From an uncultured Desulfobacter sp. (GTDB lineage Bacteria > Desulfobacterota > Desulfobacteria > Desulfobacterales > Desulfobacteraceae), in NCBI GenBank assembly GCA_963665095.1, contig OY762069.1, forward strand, positions 1,184,001 through 1,248,000: DNA of 64,000 nt, written 5' to 3'. The first letter of the stretch is position 1; each line of letters begins with the position of its first letter. A program made the translations under genes and the position numbers. Of the stretch, positions 20,795-31,373 are shown piece by piece. The notes beneath the pieces were generated by a model. It was not told the DNA's origin. It ran no database searches and saw only the letters and a list, made by a program, of their open reading frames with translations.

Positions 20795-22060
20795 TTATTT
20801 TCCCATCCATGGCGGCAGCAGTATCTGGCCTGTTGCAATGCGTTTGGGATAAACCACCACCCGTTTGCCCGCCTGCCACTGGAGAATGGAGCCCACAGCC
20901 CCCTTTTCAGGATCATCAGCCGGGATTACCTGGTGGGACTGGGGATTAAATCTGAGCCGGCCATAGACGCCCATGAGGTCCATGGTCTCCAGGGCCTGAA
21001 TTACTTTGTCCGTATCAAGGGTCCCTGCCCTTTCAACGGCATCCTTGAGCGCATAAACCGCCATATAAGAGGAAGATGCGCCAAAACACTCGGGTGGCAC
21101 ACCCCATTTTTGTTCATAGGCATGGTAAAATTTCATGGTCCACGCAGTGGCGTTTGAAGGGGCATTACCGGCATTCACCACATTGCACAGGGTATACTCG
21201 CCCTTGCCGTCTGTGGTCTTCCAGAATCCAGGCTCTTCTGCAGCCGCCAGTGTGGAACCAAAAGGCAGGGCCGGAATCTTAAGATCATACCATTGACTGA
21301 GCAAAAGGGCACTTTCGGGCATGTCCATCCAGATGTTGATGATCTGGGCACCTGTCGATATGGCCTGGAGCAGGGCCGTGGAAAAATCCGTGGTGCCGGC
21401 AGGAAAAATCCGGGTGCCTGTCACCATAAACCCTTTGCTGCCCACTGCCTTTTCCATCACCTTGGCAGCCCCCCTGGCATGCGACACGTCCTGGGCAATA
21501 ATAAATACTTTTGACAGGCCGTATCTGGTTTTAAGATCGGCAAAAGCGGCCATGATCTCTCTTATGAGATTAACCGCCTCTCCGTGAATTCTGAAACAAT
21601 ACTTGAATCTGTCATAGTTGGATTTCACCTTTTTATGGTACTTGGGAGTAAGGACCCCGGAGGACACAATGGAAATTTTTTTGTATTTTGAAAAAATGTC
21701 CATGACTGACAGGGCTGCTTCAGACCGGTTTGGACCGCCCACGATGAAATCCGCATTTTTGTTAACAATGAGACTCTCCACAGCCATACGAACATTATGG
21801 AGCGGGACGCCCGGTTTTAGATCCCGGGTATCAACCACCTCTGCAGAAAAGAGGCGTTTTTCACCGCCCACAGACACCCCGCCAGCATCATTGATTTCAT
21901 CAACAGCCAGCTGAATGCCGCGCTGGGCACCCCGGCCGTAAAGATACGCTGTGGATAAAGGCACCCCTATCACAATGGGTTCAGCAGCCCTGAGAGTTTC
22001 AGTAAAAAAAACGGCCGGCAGAATAAAAAGAAAAACCGCGCACAGCCTGATACGGTTCAT
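20795..22060 (-). CDS. ABC transporter substrate-binding protein (LivJ/HAAT family), stand-alone
   Basis: Signal peptide, AVDEINDAGGV, TTDFSTAL, AVERAGTLDTDKVIQALE; RBS AAGGAG before ATG 22060. Confidence 0.88.
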   Translation of the reverse strand: MNRIRLCAVFLFILPAVFFTETLRAAEPIVIGVPLSTAYLYGRGAQRGIQLAVDEINDAGGVSVGGEKRLFSAEVVDTRDLKPGVPLHNVRMAVESLIVNKNADFIVGGPNRSEAALSVMDIFSKYKKISIVSSGVLTPKYHKKVKSNYDRFKYCFRIHGEAVNLIREIMAAFADLKTRYGLSKVFIIAQDVSHARGAAKVMEKAVGSKGFMVTGTRIFPAGTTDFSTALLQAISTGAQIINIWMDMPESALLLSQWYDLKIPALPFGSTLAAAEEPGFWKTTDGKGEYTLCNVVNAGNAPSNATAWTMKFYHAYEQKWGVPPECFGASSSYMAVYALKDAVERAGTLDTDKVIQALETMDLMGVYGRLRFNPQSHQVIPADDPEKGAVGSILQWQAGKRVVVYPKRIATGQILLPPWMGK

Positions 22061-22155
22061 GCTTATCTCCTTATAGTGAGGATGACGTGTTGAGGCGTGG
22101 TGACTTAAAATCAGAATATAAATGTAAATGGTTCTTTTACTTGTTAACAATTCCC

Positions 22156-23358
22156 CTACCCTTTAACAACACCTAAAGGATAAAATTTATGTAAAGGGGT
22201 AATCAGATCAAGTTGTGCGTCAACCACTTCATCGATGTTTTTATAGGCCTGGGGCGCTTCTCCAAGATCATACATCCCCTTGGTTTTGCCTCTTTTTACC
22301 TTGGACCACCGGTCATATACGATCCCCTGCATGGCCATGTCGCACGCGTCAGGGGTCAGACTGCGGGATGCCTGCATACGCCCCAGAACCCGTCCGGCCC
22401 CATGGGAGCAGGACATGAAAGACTCGGGATTTCCCAGCCCCTCTACAAGATAAGAGGGGGTTCCCATGGAGCCGGGAATGATGCCGATCTGGCCTTTTCC
22501 GGCCGAAGTGGCACCTTTTCTGTGGACCCAGGCATTGACCCCGAAATGGCTTTCAAGGGATGCGTAGTTGTGATGGATGTTTACCTCACCTGAGAACAGC
22601 ACATCCGGGAAAACCTCTGTTACCGCCTGTTTGAACCGGCTCATAATTCTTTTACGGTTTTCAGCCGCATAAGCCAGGGCAAAGTTCATATCCTTGATAT
22701 ACATCTGCCCTTCTGACGTGTCTGTGGGCAGAAATGCCAGATCCTTTCCTGGCGTGTCTGTCTGCCATTTTTCGTTTAAGCCCACCGCCATCTGATTATA
22801 GTAGCGGGCAATTATATTCCCAAGATGCCTTGATCCTGAATGGATCATCAGCCAGACATGGTCATCGTCTCCGGCCTGAATTTCAATGAAATGGTTTCCT
22901 CCGCCAAGAGTGCCTAAATTTTTGGGGGCAAGTGCCCTGACATGGGAGGAGAACCATCCGCGTTTTGCATAGGCATCAATATCGTCAAGTCCTTCCCAGG
23001 CCTGAGCCTGTTTATGCGCCATTCCCTCTCCGCAGGGTACAATTTTTTTAACCAGTTCAACAATCTTCCTGATTTTTCCTTGGCTTGCATTCGCCACTGG
23101 CACAGTAGTTCTCACCGATCCCATCCCGCACCCGATATCAACACCGACTGCATTGGGGATCACAGCATCCCTGGTCGCAATTACCCCTCCAATGGGCATG
23201 CCGTATCCTACATGGCAGTCCGGCATCAGGGCCACATGGTGAAACACCACCGGATGCACTGCCAGATCTTCAGCCTGTTTGAAAGCGTCATTTTCAAGAT
23301 TCCGGCACCAGGATTTAATCGGCACTTTATAGTGATCTTCTTTTTTTATCCATTCCAT
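22156..23358 (-). CDS. rtcB: RtcB family RNA ligase
   Basis: MPDCHVGYGMPIG, VGVDIGCG, GTLGGGNHFIE, HSGSR, HRKGAT, SCSHGAGR, EAPQAYK, C-terminal VVKG. Confidence 0.95.
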   Translation of the reverse strand: MEWIKKEDHYKVPIKSWCRNLENDAFKQAEDLAVHPVVFHHVALMPDCHVGYGMPIGGVIATRDAVIPNAVGVDIGCGMGSVRTTVPVANASQGKIRKIVELVKKIVPCGEGMAHKQAQAWEGLDDIDAYAKRGWFSSHVRALAPKNLGTLGGGNHFIEIQAGDDDHVWLMIHSGSRHLGNIIARYYNQMAVGLNEKWQTDTPGKDLAFLPTDTSEGQMYIKDMNFALAYAAENRKRIMSRFKQAVTEVFPDVLFSGEVNIHHNYASLESHFGVNAWVHRKGATSAGKGQIGIIPGSMGTPSYLVEGLGNPESFMSCSHGAGRVLGRMQASRSLTPDACDMAMQGIVYDRWSKVKRGKTKGMYDLGEAPQAYKNIDEVVDAQLDLITPLHKFYPLGVVKG

Positions 23359-23751
23359 CTCTTATCTCCTGTGCCTGGTCCCGAACCAACGCGTTGTGGA
23401 TGCTGAAATACAGCCCTTTTAATGCCCGGAGCAATGATTTAAGACCGTTAAATAAATATTTGTCAACATATGGAATTCAATGGCGCTATAGTCACTCTTT
23501 TTTTTGTAGGTTGGCTCACCTACAAGCCATGAATGAATCTGCCTAGAGAGTACCACAAAATCTACTTACATAAAAATTAAGACTTCAACCGATTGGTAGA
23601 ATATTGTCAGCCTGATAACTGTATAAACGATATTTTTCTATATTCGGACCGTTCCTGCAAGTTTTGCCTGTATGGGGAGGCGGGAACAAAAGGCAGGACA
23701 AAAGCGGCCTTAAAGAAAAAATGTGTAATCAATTAAATTCGGAGGGGACAA

Positions 23752-25509
23752 ATGACGTTGCAAAGCTTTTACAAAGAGGTGATGGCACTCAACAAGATCC
23801 AGGACATGGCTAAACGTGAGATAGAAGCGCAAACGTTTTTTAAAAAACTCAATTCAGCTGAACTGCCCAAAACTTTCAACTGGGCCCAGGAGATCTTTGA
23901 AGATATCCATGTCAAAGAACGTGGAGACCAGCTTGCACTGATCTGGGCGGATCTGCACACAGATGAGGAAGCGCAGTATACCTACACCGAGCTTGCTCAA
24001 AATGGAAACCGCATGCTCAATTTTCTGCGAAAAAAAGGGGTGGGAAAAGGCGACAACCTCTACATGCTGACCCCCATTGTCCCAGAAACCTGGTTTGCTT
24101 CCTTTGCCGGCCTCAAAGGAGGCCTTGTCACCGTTCCCACCGCCACCACCATGACGGAACGTGAAATTCAGTTCCGGTTTGAAGCGTATCCGCCGGATGT
24201 CATCATTGCCCATGAGAGCCTCACCACCCTGGTGGACGATGCCCTGGCCAAGGCCGGATGCACGCCTAAGGCCAAAGTGATCCTGGGCCAGAAAGAGGGC
24301 TGGACCTCCTATACTCAGATTGCAGAGGAATCACCGGAAGCGGCACCTGAGACCATTAACAGCGAAGACGTTCTGTTCTGCTTTTTCACATCCGGTACCA
24401 CAGGGCTTCCCAAACGGGTGGGTCACTCTGCGGTATCCTATCCCCTGGGCCATTTATCAACGTCAGTGGCCATCGGGCTTGAGCCCGGGAACATTCACCA
24501 CAATTTAAGTGCGCCTGGATGGGCCAAATGGGCGTGGAGCAGCTTTTTCGCACCCTTGAACGTGGGCGCCACAGCCACAGGTTTTAATTTCACCGCACTG
24601 GACATTAAAAAATACATCAGCCTGGTGGCAAAGTATAAAGTCAACTCCTTTTGTGCACCGCCCACTGCCTGGCGTGCCTTTGTGGGCCTTGATCTGTCAA
24701 AATATGATCTTTCCGCCATGAAGTACTCTTTAAGCGCCGGCGAACCCCTGAACCCGGAAGTCATTGATCAGTGGCGGGAGTCCACAGGCACGGAGATCCG
24801 CGATATCTACGGACAGACCGAATCCACCTGCATGATCGGCAATCCGCCCTGGATGGAAGGCAAAATGCGCCTGGGCTCATTCGGATACCCGTCATTCATG
24901 TACGACATTATCCTGGCGGACGATGAAGGCAAAGAGGTCACAGAACCTGATGTCACCGGCCACATCGTGGTCCGGCTCTCCAACTGGCGGGCCATCGGCC
25001 TGTTCCAGGAATACATTGACAATGATGAGAAAACCAAAGAGGCGTTTAAGCATGGCCTCTATTTCACCGGAGATAAAGCCACCTTTGATAAGGATGGCTA
25101 CTGGTGGTTTGTGGGCCGGGCAGACGATGTCATCAAAACCAGTGACTACCGGGTTGGTCCCTTTGAGGTGGAAAGTACGCTCATTGAACACCCGGCCGTC
25201 ATGGAAACAGCTGTGGTTGGCGTGCCTGATCCAAAGCGTCACCAGCTGGTCAAGGCCTTTGTCATTCTGGTTCCAGGCCAGAAACCTTCAAAAGAGCTGG
25301 CCCTGGAATTGTTCCAGCACACCATTGAGGTGCTGGCCAAGTTTAAAATCCCCAGAATCATTGAATTTGTGGAAGAACTACCCAAGACCATCTCCGGAAA
25401 GATCCGGCGTATAGAACTTCGGGAAAATGAGGAGAGTAAAACCGAATCACAGACCACCGAATATTTCTATCATCAGTTTCCGGAATTAAGCTCCAAGAAA
25501 GGCAAATAG
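23752..25509 (+). CDS. AMP-forming acyl-CoA synthetase (short/medium chain)
   Basis: FTSGTTGLPK, YGQTES, GRADDVIK, LPKTISGKIRR; RBS GGAGG. Confidence 0.93.
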   Translation: MTLQSFYKEVMALNKIQDMAKREIEAQTFFKKLNSAELPKTFNWAQEIFEDIHVKERGDQLALIWADLHTDEEAQYTYTELAQNGNRMLNFLRKKGVGKGDNLYMLTPIVPETWFASFAGLKGGLVTVPTATTMTEREIQFRFEAYPPDVIIAHESLTTLVDDALAKAGCTPKAKVILGQKEGWTSYTQIAEESPEAAPETINSEDVLFCFFTSGTTGLPKRVGHSAVSYPLGHLSTSVAIGLEPGNIHHNLSAPGWAKWAWSSFFAPLNVGATATGFNFTALDIKKYISLVAKYKVNSFCAPPTAWRAFVGLDLSKYDLSAMKYSLSAGEPLNPEVIDQWRESTGTEIRDIYGQTESTCMIGNPPWMEGKMRLGSFGYPSFMYDIILADDEGKEVTEPDVTGHIVVRLSNWRAIGLFQEYIDNDEKTKEAFKHGLYFTGDKATFDKDGYWWFVGRADDVIKTSDYRVGPFEVESTLIEHPAVMETAVVGVPDPKRHQLVKAFVILVPGQKPSKELALELFQHTIEVLAKFKIPRIIEFVEELPKTISGKIRRIELRENEESKTESQTTEYFYHQFPELSSKKGK

Positions 25510-25523
25510 CCATACGCAAACAG

Positions 25524-25567
25524 AACCCGCGGGCAGCAGGCTGCAACATGCCTGCTGCCCGCGGGTT
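25524..25567. terminator. 18-bp inverted repeat between convergent genes
   Basis: AACCCGCGGGCAGCAGGC-N8-GCCTGCTGCCCGCGGGTT. Confidence 0.7.
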
Positions 25568-26279
25568 ATTTAATGTAACTGTCAATAATCTGCTGATACC
25601 GGCCGCAGGCTTTCAATTCTGACAACCCCCGGTTAAATGCATCCCTGATATGCGGATCATTAAAGATCACCTTATACGGCGTGGGGGGAAAAATTTCGTG
25701 AAAGGCAGGCAGGCGCCGGGTACTCACACCGGCAACTTTTTTCCGGTAATATTTAAAAATATTAATATCTGATACCACCACGTCAGTTCTGCCCGCATAT
25801 AACATCTTGACCTGCACGACCTGCTGATCGTGCTCTATGTAGTCTGAAAGCGATTCCATGGTCTTTTTATATTCCGGCCCCAGATACTTTGTCGCATTCT
25901 GAAACGCCACCACCCGTTTGCCGGCCAGGTCATCCAGACAATCAATAACGATATTTTGATCCTTCAGGGTGATGGCGTAATTCTGATAGGTGATGACCAC
26001 ATCGGAAAAATACCCTTTCACACCAGTGGACTCATTGACGGTGACAGCCCCGTCATATTTCTTATAGTCAACAATAACCCGGGCAAAAGGGACATATTTA
26101 AGTTCAAGGGAATATCCTTTTGCGCTCAGCGCCTCTTTTACGATATCGTGCTCCATACCGTTCCCGGTTTCATAAATGATATAAGGCGGTAAGGACAACC
26201 CTGCGACAAGCGTAACTTGCGTTGCCTGTGAAACAGATACTGAAATAAGCACGATTAATATGATTAGAAGTGGTTTCAT
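25566..26279 (-). CDS. Periplasmic substrate-binding protein, family 3
   Basis: Signal peptide, LPPY, VVAFQNA, GRTDVVVSD, FNRGL. Confidence 0.85.
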   Translation of the reverse strand: MKPLLIILIVLISVSVSQATQVTLVAGLSLPPYIIYETGNGMEHDIVKEALSAKGYSLELKYVPFARVIVDYKKYDGAVTVNESTGVKGYFSDVVITYQNYAITLKDQNIVIDCLDDLAGKRVVAFQNATKYLGPEYKKTMESLSDYIEHDQQVVQVKMLYAGRTDVVVSDINIFKYYRKKVAGVSTRRLPAFHEIFPPTPYKVIFNDPHIRDAFNRGLSELKACGRYQQIIDSYIK

Positions 26280-26646
26280 ACGTATTCCCTGTTCATTTTG
26301 GATCCGGAAAGGAAGTGCCTTTTATCTTGATTCATCATAATGGCTAATGGTTAAAGTATCAATACCGGATGATGCTATCATCGAAGAATGTTATCGCAAC
26401 CTGTGACACTGTGAATGACAATTTCTAACACAACGCACCAATATTTCCCATTGATTCAAGCCGATTTTTGGGATAGAAGATGTGTAATCCTTAATGCGGG
26501 CACGAAGCCTGTGATTCAGACAAATTTTATCTGGTATCAATCCATGAAGGCTACAATGGCGATGTTTAACTGTAAGGTGGCAACACCTTTTGTTTGATTT
26601 TTAAGAGCCTCTATCATCTTTAAGGAATTGAAGGAGAAAATCAGTT

Positions 26647-27426
26647 ATGAAAAAATTAATTATTGCATCAGGCTTCCTGTTTCTGGGAGTGATTCTTTGC
26701 GCAGCAACTGTTCAGGCCCATTACGGTATGGTGATTCCTTCGGACAATATGGTTATGGAGAATGATGACCGCACTGTTCATATCACCGCCTCTTTTTCCC
26801 ATCCCTTTGAAGGGGTAGGCATGGAGCTTGTCACACCCAAAGTATTTGCTGTTAAAGCCAACGGCAAAGTTCAGGATCTCTTAGGCACCCTTGCACAGAT
26901 AAAAGTGATGGGGCACACTGCCTGGAAAACCGATTACAAATTTACAAGGCCCGGCGTTTACATGTTCTATATGGAACCCAAACCCTATTGGGAACCTGCC
27001 GAAGACTGCTTTATCATTCATTTCACCAAAACTGTTGTCACAGCGTTTGGCGATGACGAGGGCTGGGATGAAGAAATTGGACTTAAAACTGAAATCGTGC
27101 CGCTTTCCAAGCCCTTTGCCCAGTACGCCGGCAACGTGTTCCAGGGAATTGTGAAACTGGACGGCCAGCCAGTCCCCTTTGCCGAGGTAGAGGTGGAATA
27201 TTATAATGAAGACGGGAAATCTGAAGCACCTACAGATTATATGGTTACCCAGACCATCAAGGCCGATGCCAACGGCATATTTACCTATGCCGCTCCCAAA
27301 GCCGGATGGTGGGGATTTGCCGCGCTGAATGAAGCAGATTTTACCCTGAAAATCGACGGTCAGGATAAGGGTGTTGAGCTTGGCGCTGTCATCTGGGTGT
27401 TATTCGAAGACTGGAAAACCAAATAG
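26647..27426 (+). CDS. DUF4198 family periplasmic component of Ni/Co uptake (NikK-like)
   Basis: Signal peptide then [30 protein letters not shown]; heads the ECF operon. Confidence 0.85.
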   Translation: MKKLIIASGFLFLGVILCAATVQAHYGMVIPSDNMVMENDDRTVHITASFSHPFEGVGMELVTPKVFAVKANGKVQDLLGTLAQIKVMGHTAWKTDYKFTRPGVYMFYMEPKPYWEPAEDCFIIHFTKTVVTAFGDDEGWDEEIGLKTEIVPLSKPFAQYAGNVFQGIVKLDGQPVPFAEVEVEYYNEDGKSEAPTDYMVTQTIKADANGIFTYAAPKAGWWGFAALNEADFTLKIDGQDKGVELGAVIWVLFEDWKTK

Positions 27427-27541
27427 TGTCTGAACGGCTTGATAGGTTGCTTTAACAAATTGCAATCCTCTCATACTGAAAGTATGCGCCGGTTGCAATT
27501 TGTCCTACGCCCTGCAGCTGGGTACCTTTTCGTCCAAACAC
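27426..27541. repeat. MITE-like folded intergenic element
   Basis: Terminal IR GTGTCTGAACG/CGTCCAAACAC (9/11); nested internal IRs ACAAATTGCAA/TTGCAATTTGT and CATACT/AGTATG. Confidence 0.55.
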
Positions 27542-27629
27542 ACCACCCTGGAAAGTAAAATTTTTATTGTGCGCTAAGGGTCTGATGGAAATTTTCCTGT
27601 CAGGCCCTATGGCGAACTAAGAAGGTGTT

Positions 27630-28274
27630 ATGCATATTTCCGAAGGCATTCTTTCTGCGCCGGTTTTGGGTACCGGAATGGCGCTGGCAGTGGCCGGGAC
27701 CGCCATTGGTCTAAAAACCCTTAAAGAGGACAAAATTCCCCAGGCAGCCATTCTGTCTGCGGCATTTTTTGTGGCCTCCCTGATCCATGTGCCCATCGGG
27801 CCTTCGTCCACGCATCTGATCCTTAACGGCATCCTTGGCCTGATGCTTGGCTGGGCCGCTTTCCCTTGCATACTCATTGCCCTGCTGCTGCAGGGTGTGC
27901 TGTTTCAATTCGGAGGCATCACCACCTTAGGTGTTAATACAGTCAATGTTGCCCTGCCTGCGGTACTGTGTTACTACGTGTTTGCACGGTTTATCCACAG
28001 ACAGGGGGCTGCGGCCTTTATTGCCGCCTTTACCTGTGGATTTTTAAGTGTATTTCTAACTGCCATCCTTGTGGGCGTATCCCTCATGTTTACCCAGGAA
28101 AGCTTTCTTGAAGTGTCTGTGGCGGTTGTTGTGGCCCATATTCCAGTGATGATCATTGAAGGATTTGTGACAGGATTCTGCGTCAGCTTTCTTAAAAAAG
28201 TTCAGCCGGAACTTCTGCCCCAGTGGCATGGTGTAAAAGGGCATACTGTCAAAGAGTCAGGGACCGTTTCCTGA
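27630..28274 (+). CDS. cbiM: ECF Ni/Co transporter S component CbiM/NikM
   Basis: N-terminal MHISEG, FFVASLIHVP, GGITTLGVN. Confidence 0.93.
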   Translation: MHISEGILSAPVLGTGMALAVAGTAIGLKTLKEDKIPQAAILSAAFFVASLIHVPIGPSSTHLILNGILGLMLGWAAFPCILIALLLQGVLFQFGGITTLGVNTVNVALPAVLCYYVFARFIHRQGAAAFIAAFTCGFLSVFLTAILVGVSLMFTQESFLEVSVAVVVAHIPVMIIEGFVTGFCVSFLKKVQPELLPQWHGVKGHTVKESGTVS

Positions 28275-28316
28275 TATTTTATCTCCTTATCTCTTAATTT
28301 TAAATGGTTACCTATA

Positions 28317-28955
28317 ATGAGACGAAAATTATATTTATTGGTATTTTCATGCTGTATGATGCTTTGTCTTCTTTTCACCGGCACGGCCCTGGCTCACAAA
28401 GTCACAGTATTTGCCTGGGTGGAAGGCAATGTGATTTACGGGGAAAGCAAGTTCAGCGGTGGTAAAAAGGCCCGGAATGCGGACGTCATTGTCTGGGATG
28501 AAAGCGGCAGGGAGCTGATGCGGACCAAGACTGACGACAATGGGGAATTTTCATTTCCCGTACCCCAGAAAACCGCCATGCGTATTGAACTTCTTGCGGG
28601 CATGGGACACAAGGCGGACTGGACTATTCCCCTGGAAGATGTCAAGGACGTGGATATTGCAGAATCTGTGGCAAATGAGCCCCCCCCTTCGGCCTCAACA
28701 GATACGGCTGACCAGGAAAAAACACAGGCGGCAGTGCCCCGGGCATCTGTTCCTGCCGGCATAAACCAGGCCCAGCTTGAGGCTATTGTGGAGAAGGCCG
28801 TATCAAGCGCTTTAAGCAAAAAAATTTCCCCGCTGACAAAAATGGTGGCGGATCTGAAGCAGGATGGGCCCACCGTGAATGACATCATGGGCGGCATCGG
28901 CTACATTTTCGGACTGATGGGTGTGGCCATGTACTTTAAATCAAAAAAAAGATAA
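28317..28955 (+). CDS. NikL/CbiL-like accessory component
   Basis: Signal peptide + AHKVTVFAW, TDDNGEFSF, GMGH, C-terminal TM GGIGYIFGLMG. Confidence 0.8.
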   Translation: MRRKLYLLVFSCCMMLCLLFTGTALAHKVTVFAWVEGNVIYGESKFSGGKKARNADVIVWDESGRELMRTKTDDNGEFSFPVPQKTAMRIELLAGMGHKADWTIPLEDVKDVDIAESVANEPPPSASTDTADQEKTQAAVPRASVPAGINQAQLEAIVEKAVSSALSKKISPLTKMVADLKQDGPTVNDIMGGIGYIFGLMGVAMYFKSKKR

Positions 28956-28971
28956 AAACGGCCAGGGTATC

Positions 28972-29730
28972 ATGATTGAAGAGCCCTTTGCTGCAGGCAG
29001 TTCCTTTATCCACAGGCTTGATCCCCGGTGCCGGGTGATGGTGGCGACCCTTTTGTGCTTTGTGGTTGCCTTGAGCCAAAAGCTGCCCACGCTCTGGGCG
29101 GGCCTTGGACTGGCAATTCTTCTGGTGGTCCTGGCCTGGCTCAATCCCGGGCAGGTGATCCGGCGGATACTGGTTATCTGGACTTTTCTTTTGTTTTTAT
29201 GGGCCATTCTGCCCTTTACCTATAAGGGCGACGTGGTCTTTCAAATCGGCGGGTTCGGCATGACCCGGCAGGGTATTGATCTCTGCATTGCCATCAGCCT
29301 GAAGTCAAATACCATTCTCCTTGTTTTTATTGCGCTTGTCACCACCATGGATTTCAGCACCCTGGGATATGTGCTTAATTTTTTCCACATGCCGGAAAAG
29401 CTGGTCCATCTGCTGCTGTTAACCTACCGGTATATCTTTGTGATTGATCAGGAGTACCGGCGGCTGATCCGGGCAGCCCGGCTCAGAAGCTTTGAGCCGA
29501 AAACCAACCTGCACACCTACCAGACCTATGCCTATCTTTGCGGGATGCTCTTTGTTCGGGCCTCGGCAAGGGCCCAGCGCGTTTACAACGCCATGAAATG
29601 CCGGGGCTTTTCAGGCCGGTTTCACTGCCTGCGGGAATTCAGTCTGGACCGGACAGACATTGTCTGGACAGTCATCGCTCTTACAGCGGTAACAGGCCTG
29701 GTCATTATGGAGGTAACACCCATTCTATGA
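28972..29730 (+). CDS. cbiQ: ECF transmembrane component CbiQ/NikQ
   Basis: HRLDPR, TYRYIFV, RAQRVYNAMKCRGF. Confidence 0.92.
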   Translation: MIEEPFAAGSSFIHRLDPRCRVMVATLLCFVVALSQKLPTLWAGLGLAILLVVLAWLNPGQVIRRILVIWTFLLFLWAILPFTYKGDVVFQIGGFGMTRQGIDLCIAISLKSNTILLVFIALVTTMDFSTLGYVLNFFHMPEKLVHLLLLTYRYIFVIDQEYRRLIRAARLRSFEPKTNLHTYQTYAYLCGMLFVRASARAQRVYNAMKCRGFSGRFHCLREFSLDRTDIVWTVIALTAVTGLVIMEVTPIL

Positions 29731-30443
29731 TACAAAACACGTCAATACTGCACCTGGAAAACGTAAGCTTCAGCTACCCTGGACGCGGCCGGGTACTCAA
29801 TAATGTCTGCCTGACCGTCAATAGGGGGGACCGCATCGGCCTGGTCGGCCCCAACGGCAGCGGGAAAACCACATTGTTTCACATCATCATGGGTCTTTTA
29901 AAGCCCACCTCCGGCACCATTGAATTTTTCGGCGCCCCGGTTAAGACAGATAAGGATTTCAGGCAGGTTTACAAAAAAGTAGGATTGCTGTTCCAGGATT
30001 CCGATGACCAGCTTTTCAGCCCAACAGTGATAGAAGATGTGGCCTTTGGCCCGCTGAATCTGGGGAAATCAAAATCTGATGCAGGGAATATTGCAAGAAT
30101 GACCCTGGACCGGCTGGGCATTGGGGATTTTGCCCAGCGGATCACCCACAAGCTCTCGGGTGGGGAGAAGCGACTGGTGGCCCTGGCAGCCGTACTTTCC
30201 ATGAAACCGGAGCTGGTGCTGCTGGACGAACCCAGCACCGGTCTGGATGAAAAAACAAAAGAAATTCTGGTGGATGTGTTGAACCGTCTGGAACTATCCT
30301 ATATCCTGATCTCACATGAAAGTGATTTCATGTCCCGGATTGTGAACACCATATATACGATGGAGGATGGTACCCCCCAGAAGGACACTCATATCCATCA
30401 ATACAAACATACGCACCCAAACCCGATGCAACATCATGAGTAG
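29727..30443 (+). CDS. cbiO: ECF ATPase CbiO/NikO with His-rich tail
   Basis: GPNGSGKT, FQDSDDQLF, LSGGEKR; C-terminus THIHQYKHTHPNPMQHHE. Confidence 0.9.
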   Translation: MIQNTSILHLENVSFSYPGRGRVLNNVCLTVNRGDRIGLVGPNGSGKTTLFHIIMGLLKPTSGTIEFFGAPVKTDKDFRQVYKKVGLLFQDSDDQLFSPTVIEDVAFGPLNLGKSKSDAGNIARMTLDRLGIGDFAQRITHKLSGGEKRLVALAAVLSMKPELVLLDEPSTGLDEKTKEILVDVLNRLELSYILISHESDFMSRIVNTIYTMEDGTPQKDTHIHQYKHTHPNPMQHHE

Positions 30444-30446
30444 CCT

Positions 30447-31373
30447 ATGCATGACATAAATTTTTTTCACGAACATGAGCTCAAAGAGCATGACTTTTTA
30501 GGCTGCTGCAAGGACTGCCAGAGGAGCCTGGCCATTATTAAGCCATTAATTCTGGGCTTTGCCGATAATATCGGACACTACTCCTATGAGCAGCTTTCAG
30601 AACTTCCGCCCGAAGAGCTGTATCGGCTCTATCAACTCCTGGATGATCTCGCCCACATGGATGCAGGGCCGCATCTTGCCGGCATGCTGCTGGAGGAAAA
30701 AGAGATCCGAGAAGTACTGCTCCTGATCCGCTCATACTACACGGCTTTTTTCAGCATTCACGAACGGCACCTGGCAAAGGAGCTCTTGGCAAGCCCGGAT
30801 CCCTGGAAGCAGATTGAAACCTTTCCTTTGTATCCCCGGTACGAAGCCCTGGTGAAAAACCAGATTCAGGCCATGCATATATCCAGTGAAAAACGACTGG
30901 CGTTTTTAGGTTCCGGTCCCGTACCCCTGACCCTGATTCTTCTGAACCGCTTTTTTAATATTCCGTCGGTGGGTATTGACAGTGATGGAGAAACTGTAGC
31001 GATTTCCAGGAAAATCATTGGCCATCTGGGCCTTGAAAATGACATCGACATTGTCCAGGGAGATGATGCCACTCTCGGGGATCTGGCCTGGGATGTGGTC
31101 CTGGTGGCGGCTCTTGCCGAACCAAAGGCACGGATTTTCTCCCAGCTGCGCAACATCCTGGCCATACGGGGCCCGGCCCCGGTGGTGTTCCGCACCTATA
31201 CAGGTATGAGAGCAGTACTGTACAAGCCAGTTCAGCCTGAAGATATCAAAGGGTTTAAAATTGTCCAGGCGATTCAGCCCACAGGCCGGGTTAATAACAC
31301 CACGGTTTTCATGCAGCTCCAGGAAAACAAACCCCATAAATTCTTAAGCAAACCTGAATTCGATGACTCCTGA
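30447..31373 (+). CDS. Nicotianamine synthase-like protein 1
   Basis: FPLYPRYEALVKNQ, AFLGSGPVPLT, VLVAALAEPK, FRTYTGMRAVLY, VNNT. Confidence 0.82.
   Translation: MHDINFFHEHELKEHDFLGCCKDCQRSLAIIKPLILGFADNIGHYSYEQLSELPPEELYRLYQLLDDLAHMDAGPHLAGMLLEEKEIREVLLLIRSYYTAFFSIHERHLAKELLASPDPWKQIETFPLYPRYEALVKNQIQAMHISSEKRLAFLGSGPVPLTLILLNRFFNIPSVGIDSDGETVAISRKIIGHLGLENDIDIVQGDDATLGDLAWDVVLVAALAEPKARIFSQLRNILAIRGPAPVVFRTYTGMRAVLYKPVQPEDIKGFKIVQAIQPTGRVNNTTVFMQLQENKPHKFLSKPEFDDS

Noticed and set aside
22156..23358. RtcB plus the phage 2H domain as an RNA repair system
   Set aside because: About 38 kb apart, one chromosomal and one in the mobile element.
23588..23597. ACCGATTGGT operator-like palindrome before the acyl-CoA synthetase
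   Set aside because: Too short, single copy, and no cognate regulator nearby.
26280..26646. Cobalamin riboswitch or NikR operator upstream of the ECF operon
   Set aside because: No B12-box conserved elements are visible. NikR-like half-sites (ATGTTA, TGACAC, TAACAC at about 26388-26431) lack convincing palindrome spacing.
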